DNA of 61,147 bases, the filler included, from Sphacelaria rigidula (Eukaryota), in NCBI GenBank assembly GCA_964200075.2. It is 6 parts of 6 records of this genome, joined end to end, with 100 filler letters (N's around TTAATTAATTAA, not from the genome) between each part and the next. Parts side by side here need not be neighbours in the genome. Positions count along the whole stretch, not along the records: positions 40,835 to 50,941 come from CAXNAA020007125.1; positions 51,042 to 61,147 come from CAXNAA020007126.1; 4 more parts are not named here. One strand, written 5' to 3'. Of the stretch, positions 47,280 through 60,900 are shown one piece after another. A program made the position numbers and the translations under genes. The notes beneath the pieces were generated by a model that made no database searches, was not told the DNA's origin, and was given only the letters and a program-made list of their open reading frames with translations. Position 1 is the first letter of the stretch, and every line of letters begins with the position of its first letter.

Positions 47280-48560
47280 TTCGCACGCAAGGGCCTTTTA
47301 GTGAATCGGCATCATTTTTACTCGAAAAAGACTGACGATAATACGGAAGTAACGAACCCCCCCCCTGCGCGCAGACAAGAAACACTGTTTGTGAGAGTCC
47401 GGTCCCAAAAGGACTAAGAGACCTTCTTCCCGTACTAGAGCTACTACTCGTTCCCCTGCATTCCACTGGATCTCTGGATCAGTCCGTAATGACACGAGTG
47501 ACGACCATCCAAGCTTCGTCACCCTGTAACCCCCCTGTAACGCACATCTTACTCGCAGTATGTGTGTGTTGGTGTGTGTGCTCTCGAAGGTTAACCCGGC
47601 GTCGCACAGTGTCGGGGGAGTTTCTGCCCGCCGGTATCGCTGTTTGTGGTTTCCGCTCACGTGCGGTGACCCCCTTACCCTTAGACAGCGACACCCCCGC
47701 AGGTGGGCTGAGTTGGACTATGCCACGTTTGCGGTTCAGAACTGCTTTCTTCTCGCTACACAAGATGAATTTTTCATCAACATGTAGATATTTTGTCAAC
47801 TATATAGAAAATAGTACCGGAGAACCCCTGACCAATTTTGAACCTGTATTCAATTGCGTGCAAAGTCGGGATGTATGTGTGCTGTATGTCTTCACCGGAT
47901 ACAACGGTAATAAACGTTCAAGTGTGCCATCGCTCTCCACTAAACACAATTTTACTGCATGCTGCTGATGCCTCTGCCTAGTGCTCAACATAAACATCCG
48001 GATAGTGCGAAGCTGGCAGCACACGGAGGGTCAGGCGGGCGGCGTGGATCACGAGCAGAATACAAAACAAGCCGTTTGTGCCCATCTAATAATCTACGGT
48101 TCATTTCCCATGACCAAAATGAGTCGTGGGGGGTAGAAAATCCGAATTAGTCCAATGTAGTCCACCCAAATCAGAAGAACGTGGTCATTTTGACGACCGT
48201 GATTGGTCAGAATGGGCATCCCGCGCCTACTGAGCCTCGTGCACGGTAATAACTTCCCGCGCGAAACTTCCACACACACATGGTTGACTTGGTGAGCTTT
48301 TCGGCTTCTCTACGAACAGACACACAGCCCCCTCGTAAACCCCACCTCCCGGCCACTGGAAACCCTCGAATGTCTCCGGACTGGCAGCCTGTAAAACTGT
48401 TCCGAGGCGACGCTCGCTGTCCAAGGGTTAAAAGAGGTATCTCAAACTCTGTTCTCGGTTTCCCGGTTTATTTCCTGACTCTGGGTTTTGTACTATTTTT
48501 TCGAGTAAAGGTGATGGCGATTCATAGGAGGACCTTACCTGGCGGTCAAAGGGTCTCATA
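47280..48560. repeat. Two oppositely oriented copies of repeat family G (~47280-47725 and ~48280-48560; other pieces ~50160-50280 and ~51144-51200)
   Basis: gaatcggcatcattttactcgaaaaa vs tttttcgagtaaaggtgatggcgattc; acccttagacagcga vs tcgctgtccaagggt. Confidence 0.6.
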
Positions 48561-48666
48561 TCACTTTCACTTGAAAAAATGAACAAGAGACACTTTCGAC
48601 GATAGCCCCCCCGAGAACCAGCCCAAAACTGTCACGAAGAAAATGGTCATTCAGTGCTCAATGTTC

Positions 48667-48922
48667 CACGGTTCAGGCGAATCATCGCCGGTTCGAATCA
48701 CTAAAATCTACAATATTTTAAGCGCGATTGCTCGAAAGAGAGGAAAACGTTGACCGCTGGTCACAGTCTTCATGCAAATTTTGCGCCATTCCACGTCCCC
48801 GTGCCGCGTGTACGTATGTTGCGACGCTGAAATCAAAGATGAACGATTGATTCATCCCGTACGAATCATCTACACTAAAATCAAATAATTTCCACAAGAA
48901 GCATTGATTCATCCGACCTTTG
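48667..48922. mobile_element. Nested hAT-like MITE with 8-bp TSD
   Basis: Imperfect 17-bp TIR (CACGGTTCAGGCGAATC / revcomp CAAAGGTCGGATGAATC) flanked by caatgttc / caatgttt. Confidence 0.7.
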
Positions 48923-48937
48923 CAATGTTTGGTTCTG

Positions 48938-49419
48938 GGCTGGATGTTATGGCAAACAGATTTTTGGCCCACGGATTTTTCGCTTTTGGGACGTTTGGCC
49001 AACTTTCGACCCTCGAACAGAAAAAATCGCCAACACACGTCTCGGGCACTTGGCATCACCCTACAGAGAGGAGCCTCGTCTGCTTTTCAGATTCGCTTGG
49101 CTCCGACGTTTCGAGATTGACCGCTGAACAATAACTCATGTGCAAAAATCTGTGCTTGCCGACCCCCGCCGGTTTGCCCAATATTCTGTAGAGATCGCCG
49201 TAGATTTTTTTGCACACGGATTATTGTTCAGCGGCCGCTCTAGAAACCTTGGAGCCAAGCGAATCTGAAAAGTGGGCTAGGCTCCTCTCTGTGGGGTGAT
49301 GCATAGTGTCCAAGACGTGTGTCGGAGATTTTCTCTGTTTGGGGGTCAAAAAGTGGCTTAAACGTCCCTTAAGTGTAACAATCCGTGTGCCAAAAATCTG
49401 TGTGCCATAACATCCGGCC
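48938..49419. mobile_element. Nested foldback element with ~215-bp inverted arms
   Basis: ggctggatgttatggca...ttttcagattcgcttggctcc...tgaacaataa / ttattgttca...ggagccaagcgaatctgaaaa...tgccataacatccggcc. Confidence 0.88.
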
Positions 49420-50410
49420 TTGGGCTGAATGAAGCGCCTCATGTTGGCGACTTTAGCGAAAAAGAACAACAGCGTGGGAATTCCCAGCTGCTCGTTATGC
49501 TCAGCTTTTTTCATCTCGATTCACATGGAGATTTTGAATCCCCAAACGAACATCTTTTACACGAGGGTGGGTATCGTAGAAAGTGTCAAAACAAACCAGA
49601 AAACCGGAAAACCGAGTTTGAGATACCTCCAATAACAAAAATTAGGATCGTGTCACATGAGTGAAGACGACGTGGTGACCGATAAAAGAGCGCATGCCCC
49701 ATCGTTATACAAATACGTATGGATAGGGCAGCAGTCTTGCTCTCGCTTGTGTTTGGGCAGAGTGTGCCACAATCGTGACACGTCGCCATACTCGACTAAG
49801 GCAATAGTTTCAGGTAGGTTTCCTCTTTCAACTCATGTAAAATAGTGGTAGCTACAATGGTGATTTCCTTCATTCTCATCTCACACCTGCTGCTGCACTT
49901 GAAAGCATGAGCCACCACCACAAGCTGATGGAGCACTTAGGCATACCAGTAACTCTAAGAAAAATGATGCAGAAAAGTTCCGCAAACATTTGGCCCTCTG
50001 GACGTCAGATGCCATTTGTTCCGAGGATCCGGCCCTGGACTGTGCTGCTGGACTTTGCAAAAGTTCCGAGGATCTAGCCCTCGACTCCGCTGCTGGACTT
50101 TGTAGGATGAAGATAGTTGGTTTAGGGGTATATGCTCGCTGTGATAGTAGATCGCGTGAACGCTACACCCTCGGTCCATCACGAGGAGTGATATGGGTCG
50201 TGTACTTGTTTCTCGAGTGAAAAGTGATGCCGGTCCCACAAATGACGCACCCTGGCTGGCGGTCAAAGGGTTCATCAGGTTTCTCCAGTGCCACATTTTG
50301 CTTAGTCAGATTGCAGCAGGGTAGCATCAATCACCCGTCAAGCGGGCGTCTTGTGGCTTGCTTCCCTGAACGTTTCAAAACCTAGTAATCTCCCCTCCCT
50401 CCCTCTCCCC

Positions 50411-50450
<40 letters not shown>

Positions 50451-50548
50451 CGGGCCCGGAGGCGCCCCGCCGCCGCCCACAGCNNNNNNNNNNCACCAAA
50501 CAATGGGGGTTTGTGGCTTCTGTCCCCCTGCAGTTTCCCACACCTCTT

Positions 50549-50588
<40 letters not shown>

Positions 50589-50941
50589 CCTCTCCTGAGG
50601 GTTGGCGTCGGTCGGCAACGACGCCAAAAAATACTTCACCCACTGCGTAAGCTAGGCAACCATGTTACCGGGGTGGGTTCCGGTTTTATTTTTATTTTGC
50701 GGTATCCGTGATGGTGGCCGAGTTAGATCACATGGTGCGAGATGGAGAACCCGCACTCCGCGCAAAGGTGATGATCGTAAGACGTCGTGTTCATATTGCG
50801 AGACAGTCATTAGAAAGTGTGAGCTGTGGCTGTTTCCGGAAGGCGGAATATTCCCAATCGAGGACACATGTATGTGTCATGATCATGAGTACACCCCCCC
50901 ACCCGCCTCCTCGCCCCCCTCCCCCCCCGCCCCCCCCACCC

Positions 50942-51041
50942 NNNNNNNNNNNNNNNNNNNNNNNNNNNNNNNNNNNNNNNNNNNNTTAATTAATTAANNN
51001 NNNNNNNNNNNNNNNNNNNNNNNNNNNNNNNNNNNNNNNNN
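50942..51041. other. Artificial contig linker
   Basis: N44-TTAATTAATTAA-N44. Confidence 0.99.
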
Positions 51042-51199
51042 CCCAATTTTCATAAAAAAGGGTGTTTGGGTTTGGAGAAAAAAGCTTTTCCCACCCCCCC
51101 AATTGGGGCCCCCCCCCCCCCCCCCCCCACACACACACATATAGCATAGTCCAACTCAGTCCACCTGCGGGGGGTCGCTGTCCAAGGGTGAAAAGGTAC

Positions 51200-53025
51200 C
51201 CGTTTATTTTTGCTGACTCTTCAATGATGATGAAGGTTCAGGGGTACACGTTTTTCCCGATAAGTGATTTCTGCCATGTATCTCTCCCGAACTTGCCAAG
51301 GCGATGCTCGTAATCGTTCTATTACAAAAGGCTTGACCGAACAAAAAGCCAATGCTGACTTTGCCATTGTCAAAAGGCAAGCATGATATGGGCAAGCTGC
51401 AGATCCAGGTATATCTGGAGTTTTTCAGGAGTAAGCAGGTATGGGTTGTATCGCAATTCAGACGCCTGGGTTTTCACCCATGTGATTGACCGAAATCGCC
51501 GAGACCACGTGGTCTCGGCGAAATTCTCAAACCCGAGTATTTCGTGTTCTCTGTGAAAACTATACTGTAATTGAACTGGCGGAAGCTGTACCTGTTTATG
51601 GGGGATTCCAAGAACCTGAAATATGGTCACTCTTCCGATGAATTTGGCTAGACAGACGACGATGATCGTACACCTTCGAGCTCTTCACACTGGACAAGAT
51701 CCACTTCATCGTCCCATTTCATATTTGCATCGTCGTCATCCACGGGGTGTACAACTCAAGCGAAACAGCCACAGCTCCCCAGCAGCGGACCAAAAATAAT
51801 CCGTTGTCCACCTTGCCTTGATGATCCAATGAACGTGAGCTCCACGCCCTGGACAAACGATTATATCGTCATAAATTATGACGATCCAATGAACGTTAGC
51901 TCCATTGGACGTAAAATTACATCTTCATAAAGTGTACTGCATACAGTATCGACTATCACGTCTAATGCAATAAACAATCAATTCCATACTGTACACAGTG
52001 CACTTGTTGACATTGTAACATATTGTCCAGGGTGTGATCAACTCCAACTTGCGGTAGCACACTGCGGTGTAAGTGATTCCAACTCGCGGTCCCGGTCGGA
52101 AGGCGCCTCCAAAGCGCGAGCGTTGAAACTTGAAAGGTGTGATGCCCCAGTACTGCGGTCAGGACTACACAAAATCTCATCAGTCTTATCGCACACACAA
52201 GATCTACGCGCAGATGATTGGTACATCAATCGTAAATCATATCAATGACCAGAATGGCATAGAACTGGCTGACTGCATGAAGCATGCAGGAACTATGTTG
52301 TACCGTACATGTGTTGTGCTCTTGTGCTGACTGTAAGGTACGGTGCTCACAGACAGCGGTGCACCCTCTGTGATTCAATTCGCAAGCACGAAACTCTTAG
52401 GATGTGCTGTGTGTGCTTGACAGATGGGCGGGCGCTGCTGTTGCCGTCGTTTCTACTGTTGCGCGCACTCTATGTTTATTGTGCAAACTATATGACGACG
52501 CAGCAGTCCATCAAAGATTCACGCATGTCTTACATACAACGGCTACGTTTCTGTTTGTTTTCGGAACAGCAAACCAGAAACTACACGCCGACACAAGAAA
52601 AAAACGTACGATTCACGTGTCGCGAACAAAGCTGCCCATTTTTTCAAGGGAAGTGCTCGGCACCTGCTTCGAGTTGACAGCTGTCGTGTGTTCTGCCCCA
52701 CCTAAACCTCTTCTTGGGAAGTTGTAAGTACAGTTTGCGTTCCCGCGAAATGGTCTCAAACCGACCGCAGAATGGTCTCAAAACGTAGTCGAAATTTGTC
52801 TGAAATGTAAGGGACTCGAATTTTATCTCAAAGGGACCCAAAACTCGCTCGTCCTTCCCTTCCTCTCCGGCGTTCAAATATGTTGGTACGACTTCGGGTG
52901 AACAGCGCGCCGTCCTTAGCGAGCACTTCCATGTTGAAGCTGTCGTACTTTTTTTGCATATGGTGTGTTTCGCAGTAGGCGCTCTTCTTCACTCGGCGGA
53001 CGGGGAGGATATAGTTTCTGGTTTC
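51200..53025 (-). pseudogene. Decayed coding remnants of unknown family
   Basis: NYILPVRRVKKSAYCETHHMQKKYDSFNMEVLAK /fs/ EVVPTYLNAGEEGKDERVLGPFEIKFE..; HEILGFENFAETTWSRRF..ELRYNPYLLTPEKLQIYLDL; stops and frameshifts. Confidence 0.35.
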
Positions 53026-55194
53026 TGGTAGGCAAGCAAATCCAGCACGATGTTATGCCACGTTTGCATCTAACAGTGTAGTGTATACCTCAACATGTCA
53101 AACAGAAGTAAGCGTGGACTGCCGAGAAATTATGTGCCGCACAAACACGTGAGTAATACCCTAAATTATTCGTGGGCTCAAAGGCCAAGGGCGAGTGATT
53201 TCGATGGAACTGCGCACAGACACTAGGGCTTACAGAGGACGTCTGGGCGCCGGTGGCTGTCAATGTCTCATACCCCCGCCCAACTAGTTGCCCAGTTGGA
53301 TCTACGTCGTCACAAGCGCGTCATTATCGCTACATTTTTATCGTTCTATGGTTTTGTTGGAAAACAAACTTCAGTGATGGCTGCTATGACGCGTGCCCAA
53401 CTCGCCCGGGCACCACCAGAACATGGTACAAAAATCGACAAAAAAGGGGTTGCAGACAGGCAAAGCGAGGTGTTTCTCAAGGCTATATGGCAGAGACAAC
53501 AGGATCTTGCCCACGTGCCTGGTCAAAAGGGAATACACCATTTTGTAAAACGTACATGATGTGCTTAGTCCTTCGATATTCGTTCAATAAAGTGGCCGCC
53601 ATTAAAAATCTAGCATGGCTATTTGGTGTAAGCCACAAGGAATAGTTACAAACTATTGGCACGTGAAAAAATGGGCGAGAAGCACGGTCCTTGGTTAATC
53701 TATCGCCGAGGGGTTAGCATTCACAAAAGTTCTGTGAAATGACTCGCAAGGTTTTCACATTGGCGACGCCAAGAGGTTAATCTGACTTCTTACTCAGCCG
53801 AAGGTCGCGCGTTTAAATCCTGGTCCGCTTTCTGCTATGAAATCAAATATGAAATACAAATCCCTCAAAGTGAGTGGGCAACCGAAAGTCGCAAAAATGG
53901 TAGGCGGCAACAATTAAAGTTGGAAAAACTCACGAACAAATCCTCTGCGGAGGTTACCGACCTGGGCGCCTAACAGAAGCAAGATGCATTTGAAGCAAGG
54001 GTGTCTTGAGCTACAGCTACATCGCTTCCTGTCGAGAAAGGTTTTCCTTGTACATCTTTTCTCGTAATGAAATTGGACGAAAAGGCTCACGAATGGGGTG
54101 GTGATGTGCATACAGCCGAAGTGATGGGTGTATTGACCTATAAATGCATATCAATTGATCCGCTCCGAATCCAGCCGTGGTCTAGTTAGTCACGAGGTGA
54201 TGATGATCCCAAGTTGAATGAATGAAAACACTTGCTAGAAAAAACGTGATGAAAGGTTAACATGAAACCGAGAGGAGGGGAAAACAGAATGAACCGTAGA
54301 CTGACATGGACGCCGGACTAAGAACTAGTATCGGTCCTGAGAAAACCCCAGAGGTCCCTCACAGGGCTTCAGGTGAAGATACTGCAAAAAAAAGCAAGAA
54401 GCAAGACCGCAGATCTATCGTGTGACTCAGCTCAGCTATCTGAAAACCGCGCCATCGGGCAGAAACTCCGCCGCCAACTCTGAAGTATGAAAGCATGAAA
54501 TAGCAATAGCATACGCTAATGCGGCGAGCTCTGAAAAAAAGAGATGGAAAATAGACATAGAGCTACAACCCGAAGAGGAAGACATACACGGTGAACTTGT
54601 TCCGAAAAAACGTCATTCCTCTCGGTTTTGCCGTGGGTTAGCGTTCAACTTGTGACCTGAAATATTGGACATATACCCGTAGGAGTGATGGAAACCGTTT
54701 TTCTGAACCTCCTAGAAGACAGGGGTGTCTGATTTAAGGCTTTTCAACGTACAGGTACACTAAGGGGATGCGGCGTCACCGAGAATCCGAACACTCGGAG
54801 TCAGGGAGGTGAAAAACTGTGCAGCAAGCGACACTCATTTTCTATTGTAATGCCCACGCAGACATCCGAGTGTCATTTCGAGTCAAAAACTCGAATGTTA
54901 CCCCGATCAAAAGCCTTTACGAGGGATTGCTGTGTTTGTTCGTAGGCCAACTTACATACAACAGAGAAGATGCACAAGCACATCGCTCGTCACAAGATAC
55001 CTCATGTCGTTACTTACCTTCACCTATCAGGCTGGGTATGGGCTATATGGTCTCGATTTACTTCGCTGCCTGTGGCTACTTTTGCTACCTCTGGAGGGAA
55101 ATGTAGGAATTCATTTGCCCGTTTGTGGATATGTCACCCCATGACGCCATCTTTTGTCTGGTGTCTCACACGCAAATGTTACGTGCTTACGTAG

Positions 55195-58100
55195 GGCATC
55201 CCGTTGACTTGGGACATTGTGGCGATCCTGGTGGTGTACTTTGTGCAAGGCGCTCTAGGTCTCGCAAGGCTAGCAACAACTTTTTTTCTCAAGGATGAGC
55301 TCCAGTTGCCTCCGGCAGAGGTGGCAGCCCTCTCGGGCCTTTTCAACCTGCCGTGGGTCCTCAAGCCTCTCTACGGATTTCTCTCGGATGGGCTTCCTAT
55401 CTTCGGCTACCGAAGGTGAATCACGCGTAATTCAGATGATGGTTGACTGCGGCCTCCTTTGCGTAGGTACTCCATCGAGGGCTACCCTGCTCAATGCCCG
55501 GAAGACGTGCAAAATATTAATGAGCATCCCACTAGTAGCCCTTCTATACTGTAAAGTACCCTACTGAAGTTGCACACTGTCCGCGCTTGTTGTAGTCTGG
55601 AAGCCCATCACGAACTCATTATAGGGCGTGCACATTTGCGTTTGGCAGTTTATTTTGTGGCGCACTTCTTACTGGTCAATTATTTGTCATCGGCTGGTGT
55701 GGAACCAGGTTAGAGTAAGCAGATGATCAAATATGGCAATAAGGGAACCCGCAAGTCCGCTGCTGCTCCGAAAGTGTCGTCACTTGATGTTGTGAGTAAC
55801 AAGTTTCAACGCTACAACCACCTGTGACCGCGCACACGCCCAATGACACACGTTGAATTTTCCACGACAGGAGATCATACATGATCATAGCGGGGTTCAT
55901 AGGAGCGTCGGGTTGGTACTTCCTGGCGAATTACGCTCACACTCCCTTAGAGGCCACAGTGGCCAGCATAGTGGCGTCGTTGGGAGTGGCCGTAAGTGAC
56001 GTGGTGGCAGATTCCATCGTGGTGGAAAAGGTGAGATAAGCTTAATTTTTCGTCGCACTGCTTGCGTGGGTGTGTTTTTGTCGAACGCCTTGGTGCACCG
56101 TGCGGATCCCCACGTGGAGAAAATTTGCATGTAGCAGCAAAGACGTCAAATAATAGGACATGTACTCTGCTGTGCTGCAACGACGATAGAAATCATGATG
56201 GGCAAAGAACGGTAGAAAACTTGTGGTGTTGCACGCACGTCGCTTGTGTACTGTTCAAATTTGTCTTCAGGCAAGAGATTCCAATTCTCAGGCTGTCTCT
56301 GGTGGACTGCAATCGCTATGCTGGGGAAGTTCGGCTATCGGGGGGATCGTAAGTGCCTACTTCTCTGGAGCGCTACTGGAGCGCCTGACCCCTCGAGAAG
56401 TTTTTTCTCTGACGGCATTCTTGCCGCTCTTGATTACGGGCTGTGCGCTCTTCATCAACGAAGCACGCAGAAAGGTATCGCTGGACAGGTGCGTGCGCAC
56501 GCTTCGTATGTATCCTTCATATTATGAGTAGCCACGACAGGCGTCCATTCCTCGTGGTCGCTTGCCTGCTGTTGATATAGGTACCGCTCAGGTTTGGGGA
56601 GGATGAGAGACCAGGGTAGAAGCGGAGGTCGAAGCGCCTTCCCACTGCGTGTCAAGTCTGGTTTATCATACAGTATGTTCCAAAATGTTTGAATCCGTCA
56701 CCAGGCGTGCAGTAGTGACAACGCTCTGTACAATCACGAAGAAGTCAGAGTTCAAGTTGGCAATATTCGTGTTCGTCTCCTCACGTTTTGGCATGTGCGA
56801 CGCTTCTCGCCAGTGGTTGCGCAGCGATTATTGCTGCTTGAAGTCGCATCCAGCCGCCGCTAAACGATAATCCTTGTATATCGTCGCTTACCCGTTCCTC
56901 GTGGCACCCGCTGCAATCTGATCTCCGCGCCAATGCAGACCACAGGCTATCGTGTCAGCGCAAGTACGGGCTCTGTGGTCAGCCATTAAACAAAAGTCCG
57001 TGTGGTTGCCGGCGTTATTCATATTTCTGTGGCAAGCCACACCTTCAAGTGACTCTGCGTTCCTCTACTTCCTGACCAATGACATCGGTGAGTGCCCACC
57101 TGTGTCTCGGATCGGACACGCCAGGTGTGGTGGCCTTACCATGTTGATCTTGACGGTGAACGGGGCAGACAAGATTCTGGTGGATATCTTGTATTTTTCA
57201 CGTGTACTTGTGGATGGTCATACATCCACGAATTGTGACCTTTTCGTATCATGGCGGCAGGAGGTCGTGGGCCATTCGAAACCACTTCACAGAAACATGA
57301 AATAAAAGTATATTTTTCCTCTTCCTACACTAGAAATATGTCCGCGAGCACAGGACACTCTCCGACCCCAAATAGCTGTATTTTTCTACTATCATGGTGC
57401 ACTATTCAGCTAGCGTGTGAGACCACAGAAAATAAGTATTGTCAGGTAACCTGCAAGTGTTCACTATCCGGTATTACTGAAAGATGTGACTAATCTGTAT
57501 TCACGTCTTTAAGTAAGCAGTTTAGTCGGGCAATACCATTCAATATCATTTGTTGAAATACATGAGCAGGAAATACTTGATAAGTAGTTTTCTATAATGA
57601 CAACGCTAGTACTGTCAGAACAGGACTATTGTACTAGTGAGTATCATAGTATCGCATCGCCTACACGTAGGTGGTATATTTGGAATGTATACTACACTCA
57701 TGAAAGTATCGTACACGATGTTGATGACCCTGCAAATGCAAGTTCGGTTGGTTGTACCATACTGCATATTATGGGATACGGTACAGGATTCCGAACAAAT
57801 TTATTGACGCAGCACCTGGCTTTCTCAACGGTCGTCGTGTCTCTTGTCCGGTGGGGCACAGGCGTCGGAAAGGAGTTTTTGGGCCGCGTCAGGCTGGGGT
57901 CGAGCATAGCAAGTTTGGTTGGAGTGTGGATCTTCCAGTCGTTCCTGAAGGAAACAAAAATCAGCAAAGTGCTCTTCTGGACGGCTTTGGTGTCTGTTCC
58001 TCTTGGCTTCACCCAGGTAAAGTGACGCGGCTCGGGGGATTGCTCAGCCTGTAGCGTGCACATCTCCAATCCTTGCGGTGTTCATCCTCACGTCAGGAGG

Positions 58101-58736
58101 GTGCAAGTCCGCCGGTGAACACTGAGAAATTTGCGAGCATCTCGGCCGGATACATTGTTGCATGCGGGTAGATGTAACGAATCGCTTCCCCAGATGCGGA
58201 AGATGAAAATGTATATGCTTCTTTTTAGGGGTACACCTGCCATTTTCCCCTCTGTTCATGTCTCGCCCGTCGCTCGCTACTGATACTGTCACTCGCTATT
58301 GATGATGACTCATCATGCACTCCCTCACCGTTGTATATACCCTCTGACGCAGCTGTTGCTGGTCTACCACTTGAACCGCCAGCTCGGTATTCCGGACGAG
58401 CTGTTCACTTTTGGGGATGACGTGATCCTTGCGGTTCTGGGGCAGCTCGCGTTCATGCCGACGCTTGTCTTGGCGGCGCGTCTTTGTCCTCCAGGAGTTG
58501 AGGGTACACTGTTCGCGTTGCTCATGTCTATTTTTAACGGTGGTGGCATCTTGGGCTCTGAGCTGGGGGCGCTCCTCACGAGGGTTTTAGGAGTCACGGA
58601 AGTAGATTTCCGAAATCTGGGTTTGCTCATAGCGTTGTGCAACCTGAGTAGCTTGCTGCCGCTGCCATTCTTGAAATGGATTGATGCTGTTGAAACAGAG
58701 GCAGATGGCAAGTCGAAAGAAGGAGGTGCGGCATAG
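55195..58736 (+). CDS. Folate/biopterin transporter (BT1/FBT family, MFS); exons 55195-55415, 55871-56030, 56271-56488, 56939-57087, 57862-58016, 58353-58736; 5' exon(s) not resolved
   Basis: All GT-AG junctions are phase-compatible and give an open frame to TAG 58736; motifs [87 protein letters not shown]. Confidence 0.95.
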
Positions 58737-60053
58737 AGAGCGTGGGGAGAATCATGATGGTGTAATGGTTTCATGATAATGGAGATTGCAGACATTCTAT
58801 CCTTCGCAGGCTTCTTGTGCTTCTGGCCTTGTTCGCATATGTTGTAGCTTAGGCGTAAACTGTGTACGACAAATGAGACGGGTGTCATCCACAGACCTTT
58901 ACAGTAGAAAGATAATCCCGCTGCCGGTAGTTTCATGTCTGATGCCCCCACGTCGTTGGTCCAGCAGTATGTTTTCTTGCATCTAGGTTCAACAATATTC
59001 TCGTCAGATTGAGTGTTTCAACGGAAATCCTAGTCCACTGATCGGCTGGCGTTCCTAAGGTAATACTTCGCCGAGTCAGCCAGTGGAGAAGCGGCTCGAA
59101 TCAAAGCTCGTGGCGGTGGGATGAATCCAATGTAAAATTTTGCATTGGCCTCGCCAATCAGCAGAAATCTAGAACTTCAGATTTCCAGAAATGGTCGGCT
59201 CATGCCTGAAACAGTTCAACTGCCGAAATACCCTTCAAGGCCTTGTACATCTTCTCTGGTAGCTTGCCGCTGAAGCCTCAGATGTCCCTGAGTTAAGATA
59301 TCGACGTGTAGCTCACGACGTTGTTACAGGCAAAAAACATAGAAAAAACGGTCAGGTTAGCGCGAATAGTAAAACCCACTCTTCATCAAATCCTAGATAC
59401 CCAATCTGACCAAAGGTTGTTCGCGTTATTGCAAGTGATCAATATTCAGTTTCGAACACCGGCTACTCGTACCTCTGGTGAGACAGAAATACGCCGGAAA
59501 GTAGTGGTCACTACATTACCCAAGAGAAAAAAAAATCTCTCTCTCATCAACAGTGATGTTCCGGCGCAGTCAGCACCACCAGTCACTAGGGGGAGAATGC
59601 TGTTTCGTCAGGTTTTTCGGTTACCAAGACTCACCGCGGATACACTACTTGATCCCGAAATTGGGGATTAAGAAATATGTCCACCCGATAAAAATTGAGA
59701 AAACAAAACCCATCATCAATTTTGAAATTACGGGCTGACCGGTTGTAAACCCTACGGGCGCATAGCCCCAGGTACTCGCTCTTGATATTCCCGCTTGGCT
59801 GAACGGATCTAGATCGTTACTGTGAGCGATCATTTGTACCGCTGTTTTTCTTGGTGTTAATGAAGCTACGGCCGAAAATCGTGTTTTCGGAACGTTAACG
59901 TTCAACGATAATAAGAGAGATTTTTCTGACAACACAAAATTGGGAAGTGGATCATGAGCAGGATCTGCTTTTTTCACCAGCGCCTACCGACTCTTGAAGT
60001 GAAGGTGAGAAATCATGTGCGGAAAAATCCAGTATAAGGTCGCTTCTTATTGC

Positions 60054-60459
60054 AAACAAGAATAACATGAAGAACTGCCTTTTTGGTCCTTCTTTGTCGT
60101 TGTACACCCTACAAAAAGGCTAGGCGGATTTTGACATCTTGGGATGACCTGATCCACTCGTCGTTGGAATGGTTTCAGGGCAATTTTACGGTTTCCGCGG
60201 TGGCCGCTGGTAGTTTTTGGCTCGACTTGCAATGTTTTCCATGAACGGTCAAGAATTATTAGGTGTTGATCATCCTCGGAAAAAATGCAAGGTTGGCCAG
60301 GGAAAAATTGCGGCCACCGGAGAACGCAAAGTTGTTCTGAAGCGGTCTCAACGAATGGAGCAAGTCATCCCAAGGTGTCCAAATCCCCCTAGCCTTTACT
60401 TGGAGCGTAAAACGACGCACGAGGACCAAAAAAGGCGGTCTCCCATGTTTTTCTTGTCT
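60054..60459. mobile_element. Foldback MITE family D, copy 3
   Basis: ctgcctttttggtcc...ctaggcggattttgacatcttgggatgac / gtcatcccaaggtgtccaaatcccctag...ggaccaaaaaaggcgg. Confidence 0.85.
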
Positions 60460-60848
60460 ATCATCATCATAAGATCATCGTAAGAAACGGCCTAATAATC
60501 GTGAAATATTTGGACGTTGACAAGTGCACCTACTGGATTTGCAATGATGTGGCATCCATGATCAACGAGTGACGTGTTCTCCCTCTTCTGTTTGTGCACA
60601 CGTGGCCAACGGGGGCTCTGGAGGGTGGAATATCGGACCATCCAGACCCTCTGGAAGGTACCTTGCCGTGGAGGGTCAGAAAGTTGACCTTGCCAGGGTA
60701 TAGGTTGGAATCCATCTCAGGTCGCAGGCACCTTCAAGACAATTGTACCATCGCAGTGGCCACTGGGGTGCCTGGCACATACATGCCTGAATCCATGTTC
60801 CAGACGTTTTGCAGGGTACCTTGTCTGACCTTGTGTGGCGAGGTCAGG

Positions 60849-60900
60849 AACGTGACGTTCCCGGACCTTGCACGTGACGTTCCCGGACCTTGTCACACGT
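60849..60900 (+). repeat. 21-bp tandem duplication (cgtgacgttcccggaccttg) within a repeat-like segment
   Basis: Seen directly. Confidence 0.8.

Larger units (their letters stand above)
48588..49588 (+). mobile_element. MITE family E, copy 3, interrupted by two nested insertions
   Basis: Left part 48588-48666 and right part 49423-49588 are colinear with 38558-38810. Confidence 0.8.

Noticed and set aside
50338..50997. Poly-Pro/poly-Gly ORFs
   Set aside because: Produced by poly-C homopolymers and Ns near a low-quality contig end
53760..53830. tRNA gene
   Set aside because: Only a weak T-arm-like segment (gtttaaatcc); no convincing acceptor stem or D arm
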